From the NCBI GenBank assembly GCA_030390025.1, contig CM059429.1:145328001-145392000 (forward strand): DNA of 64,000 nucleotides, read 5' to 3'. Below the pieces are notes generated by a model. That model had not been told where the DNA came from, made no database searches, and was given only the letters and a program-made list of their open reading frames with translations. The stretch comes from Squalus acanthias. Lineage: Eukaryota. Positions within the stretch are counted from its first letter, which is position 1, and each line of letters begins with the position of its first letter. Below, in pieces: positions 62,531-64,000 of the stretch. Made by a program: the position numbers and the translations under genes.

Positions 62531-64000
62531 CTCTTTCTCTCTCCACGGATGCTGCCTGGCCTGCTGAGTTTTTCCAGCGTTTTCTGTTGTTATATCGTAA
62601 TTCACATGCTGGGTTACTGTATGTTTTCCTGCAAGTATTGTTCTGTTCAACTTTGGGGAAATCATATCAAGTAAAATTATATTCATGTTTTACTGTGAAA
62701 GTTAAGCACGCGCTTGCTCTTTTCAAAATCAGCAGAAAAAGCCCCTGTGCAATGCTTCGTGAGGATCTAGATTTATGTAACTTGGTGCGCTAACTGAAAT
62801 TCAGCGCATTCCGATCAGGTATTATGTTCGTACAATACAGATCAGAATCCAGATTTTAATATTTTAAAAAACGTGCTTTCAAAATGTTTATGGTTTCTTG
62901 AGAGTTGGAATGAACTCTTTACCCTGCCCACTAGTTTTCACTAAATACCTTAAAGGATATTCCATGTTCACAGGGTTGATCACATGGCATTTAATCACGT
63001 GATATCTGATCAGGTGACATTTGATCACATGAATACCCCCAGGAGCACCCTGTTGATGGTAATGGCTTAATTCAATGCTTGTGTACTCAAACGAAGAGGC
63101 GATCAGTGTAAATATGCAAACAAACTGATCCAGAGAGACCAGGAACAAAAGTTTAGCTCACCTCAATTAGGGTGGTGGTAGGGGTGCTACAATTAGCTTC
63201 AGCTCCCCTAGGTTAGGGTGGGAGAAAAGCAGCCAAGCGTTCCCACTTCTGTTCGCCAGCTATGTCTTTAAAAACTCAGGCCTAAGAAAAGCTGCTATGC
63301 TGAGCACAAGTTTGCTTAACCTTTCGCAGGGTAATACTATTTCTCTCTCCCTTTACTCTCTGCTACACCCCCTACACCAATCATCATCAGAGGGAAGAGC
63401 AATACCTAGACGGTCCATCTAAAGTTTGCACCATATCAAAGCTCAATGATCAACTTTAATCATCGACTTAATCTTCACTCCAGTACTATGTATGGGCAGA
63501 AGTCAATGATTAAAATTATTTTCTTTTTAGTAGTGCCCTCAATATTTAATTTGGAAATCAATGAGACTATTTGTTTAAACATTGCATTGCTCCACAAGTT
63601 TTGAGACATATCAAAAGCAAGTAAGTTCATCCTAAAAAGAAACTAATAGGATGTGTATTCTATTTCACTATGGAGATGCTGTATTAACATCTAAAATGTA
63701 GCAAGTTGTGTTGTAATAGACTCGACTTTTCCCCTTCGCTTACAGTAGTGTAAACTCAACAAAGGATCACATGCAGCTCTGCAATGGATCCTGCTGTATT
63801 GAATACTGTCGAAACATATAAACTGCACACAGGATACAACATTTCTTAAAAATCAGGAGACAGTTTATTTTCAGCAACTCTTAGTAGTTTACTCAAAGCT
63901 CCAAGTGCTTCCGTCGGCTTGAAATGTTTACATAGAAACTTTGGGGGTGGGCTGGAGATGAGGAAATATAATAGCATTAAAAGATTGCAGGGGTCCAGAT

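Overview
Repeat-dense vertebrate genomic DNA, most likely from a cartilaginous fish (inferred from Deu-domain SacSINE1-type SINEs, shark-type CR1 LINEs with an SGNH-esterase ORF1, and Penelope-type ends). 1-16.4 kb is a decayed LTR/ERV-like provirus (tRNA-Arg PBS, env-like remnant, no recognisable pol). Nested in it are a MITE, a near-intact CR1, a truncated CR1 and a young CsRn1-type Ty3/Gypsy element. 16.4-43 kb is a mosaic of CR1, L2, RTE and Harbinger pieces and MITEs. One host gene is visible on the + strand (43.2 to at least 52.9 kb): a spliced, non-rearranging IgSF receptor with leader, a germline-joined VJ domain of CD28/CTLA-4/CD28H/NKp30 type, a C1-set domain and an Arg-containing TM. 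Its cytoplasmic exon(s) are uncertain. A full-length decayed Harbinger follows the TM exon. Best observations: (1) the VJ-C1 antigen-receptor-like gene; (2) a T_TTA_AAC slippery heptamer plus stop at the ORF1/ORF2 junction of two divergent CR1 copies, suggesting programmed -1 frameshifting; (3) five minimal hammerhead-ribozyme motifs in two Penelope-type repeat families; (4) a chimeric LTR pair and odd termini in both LTR elements. All calls were made by eye with no database search; many repeat boundaries are approximate.
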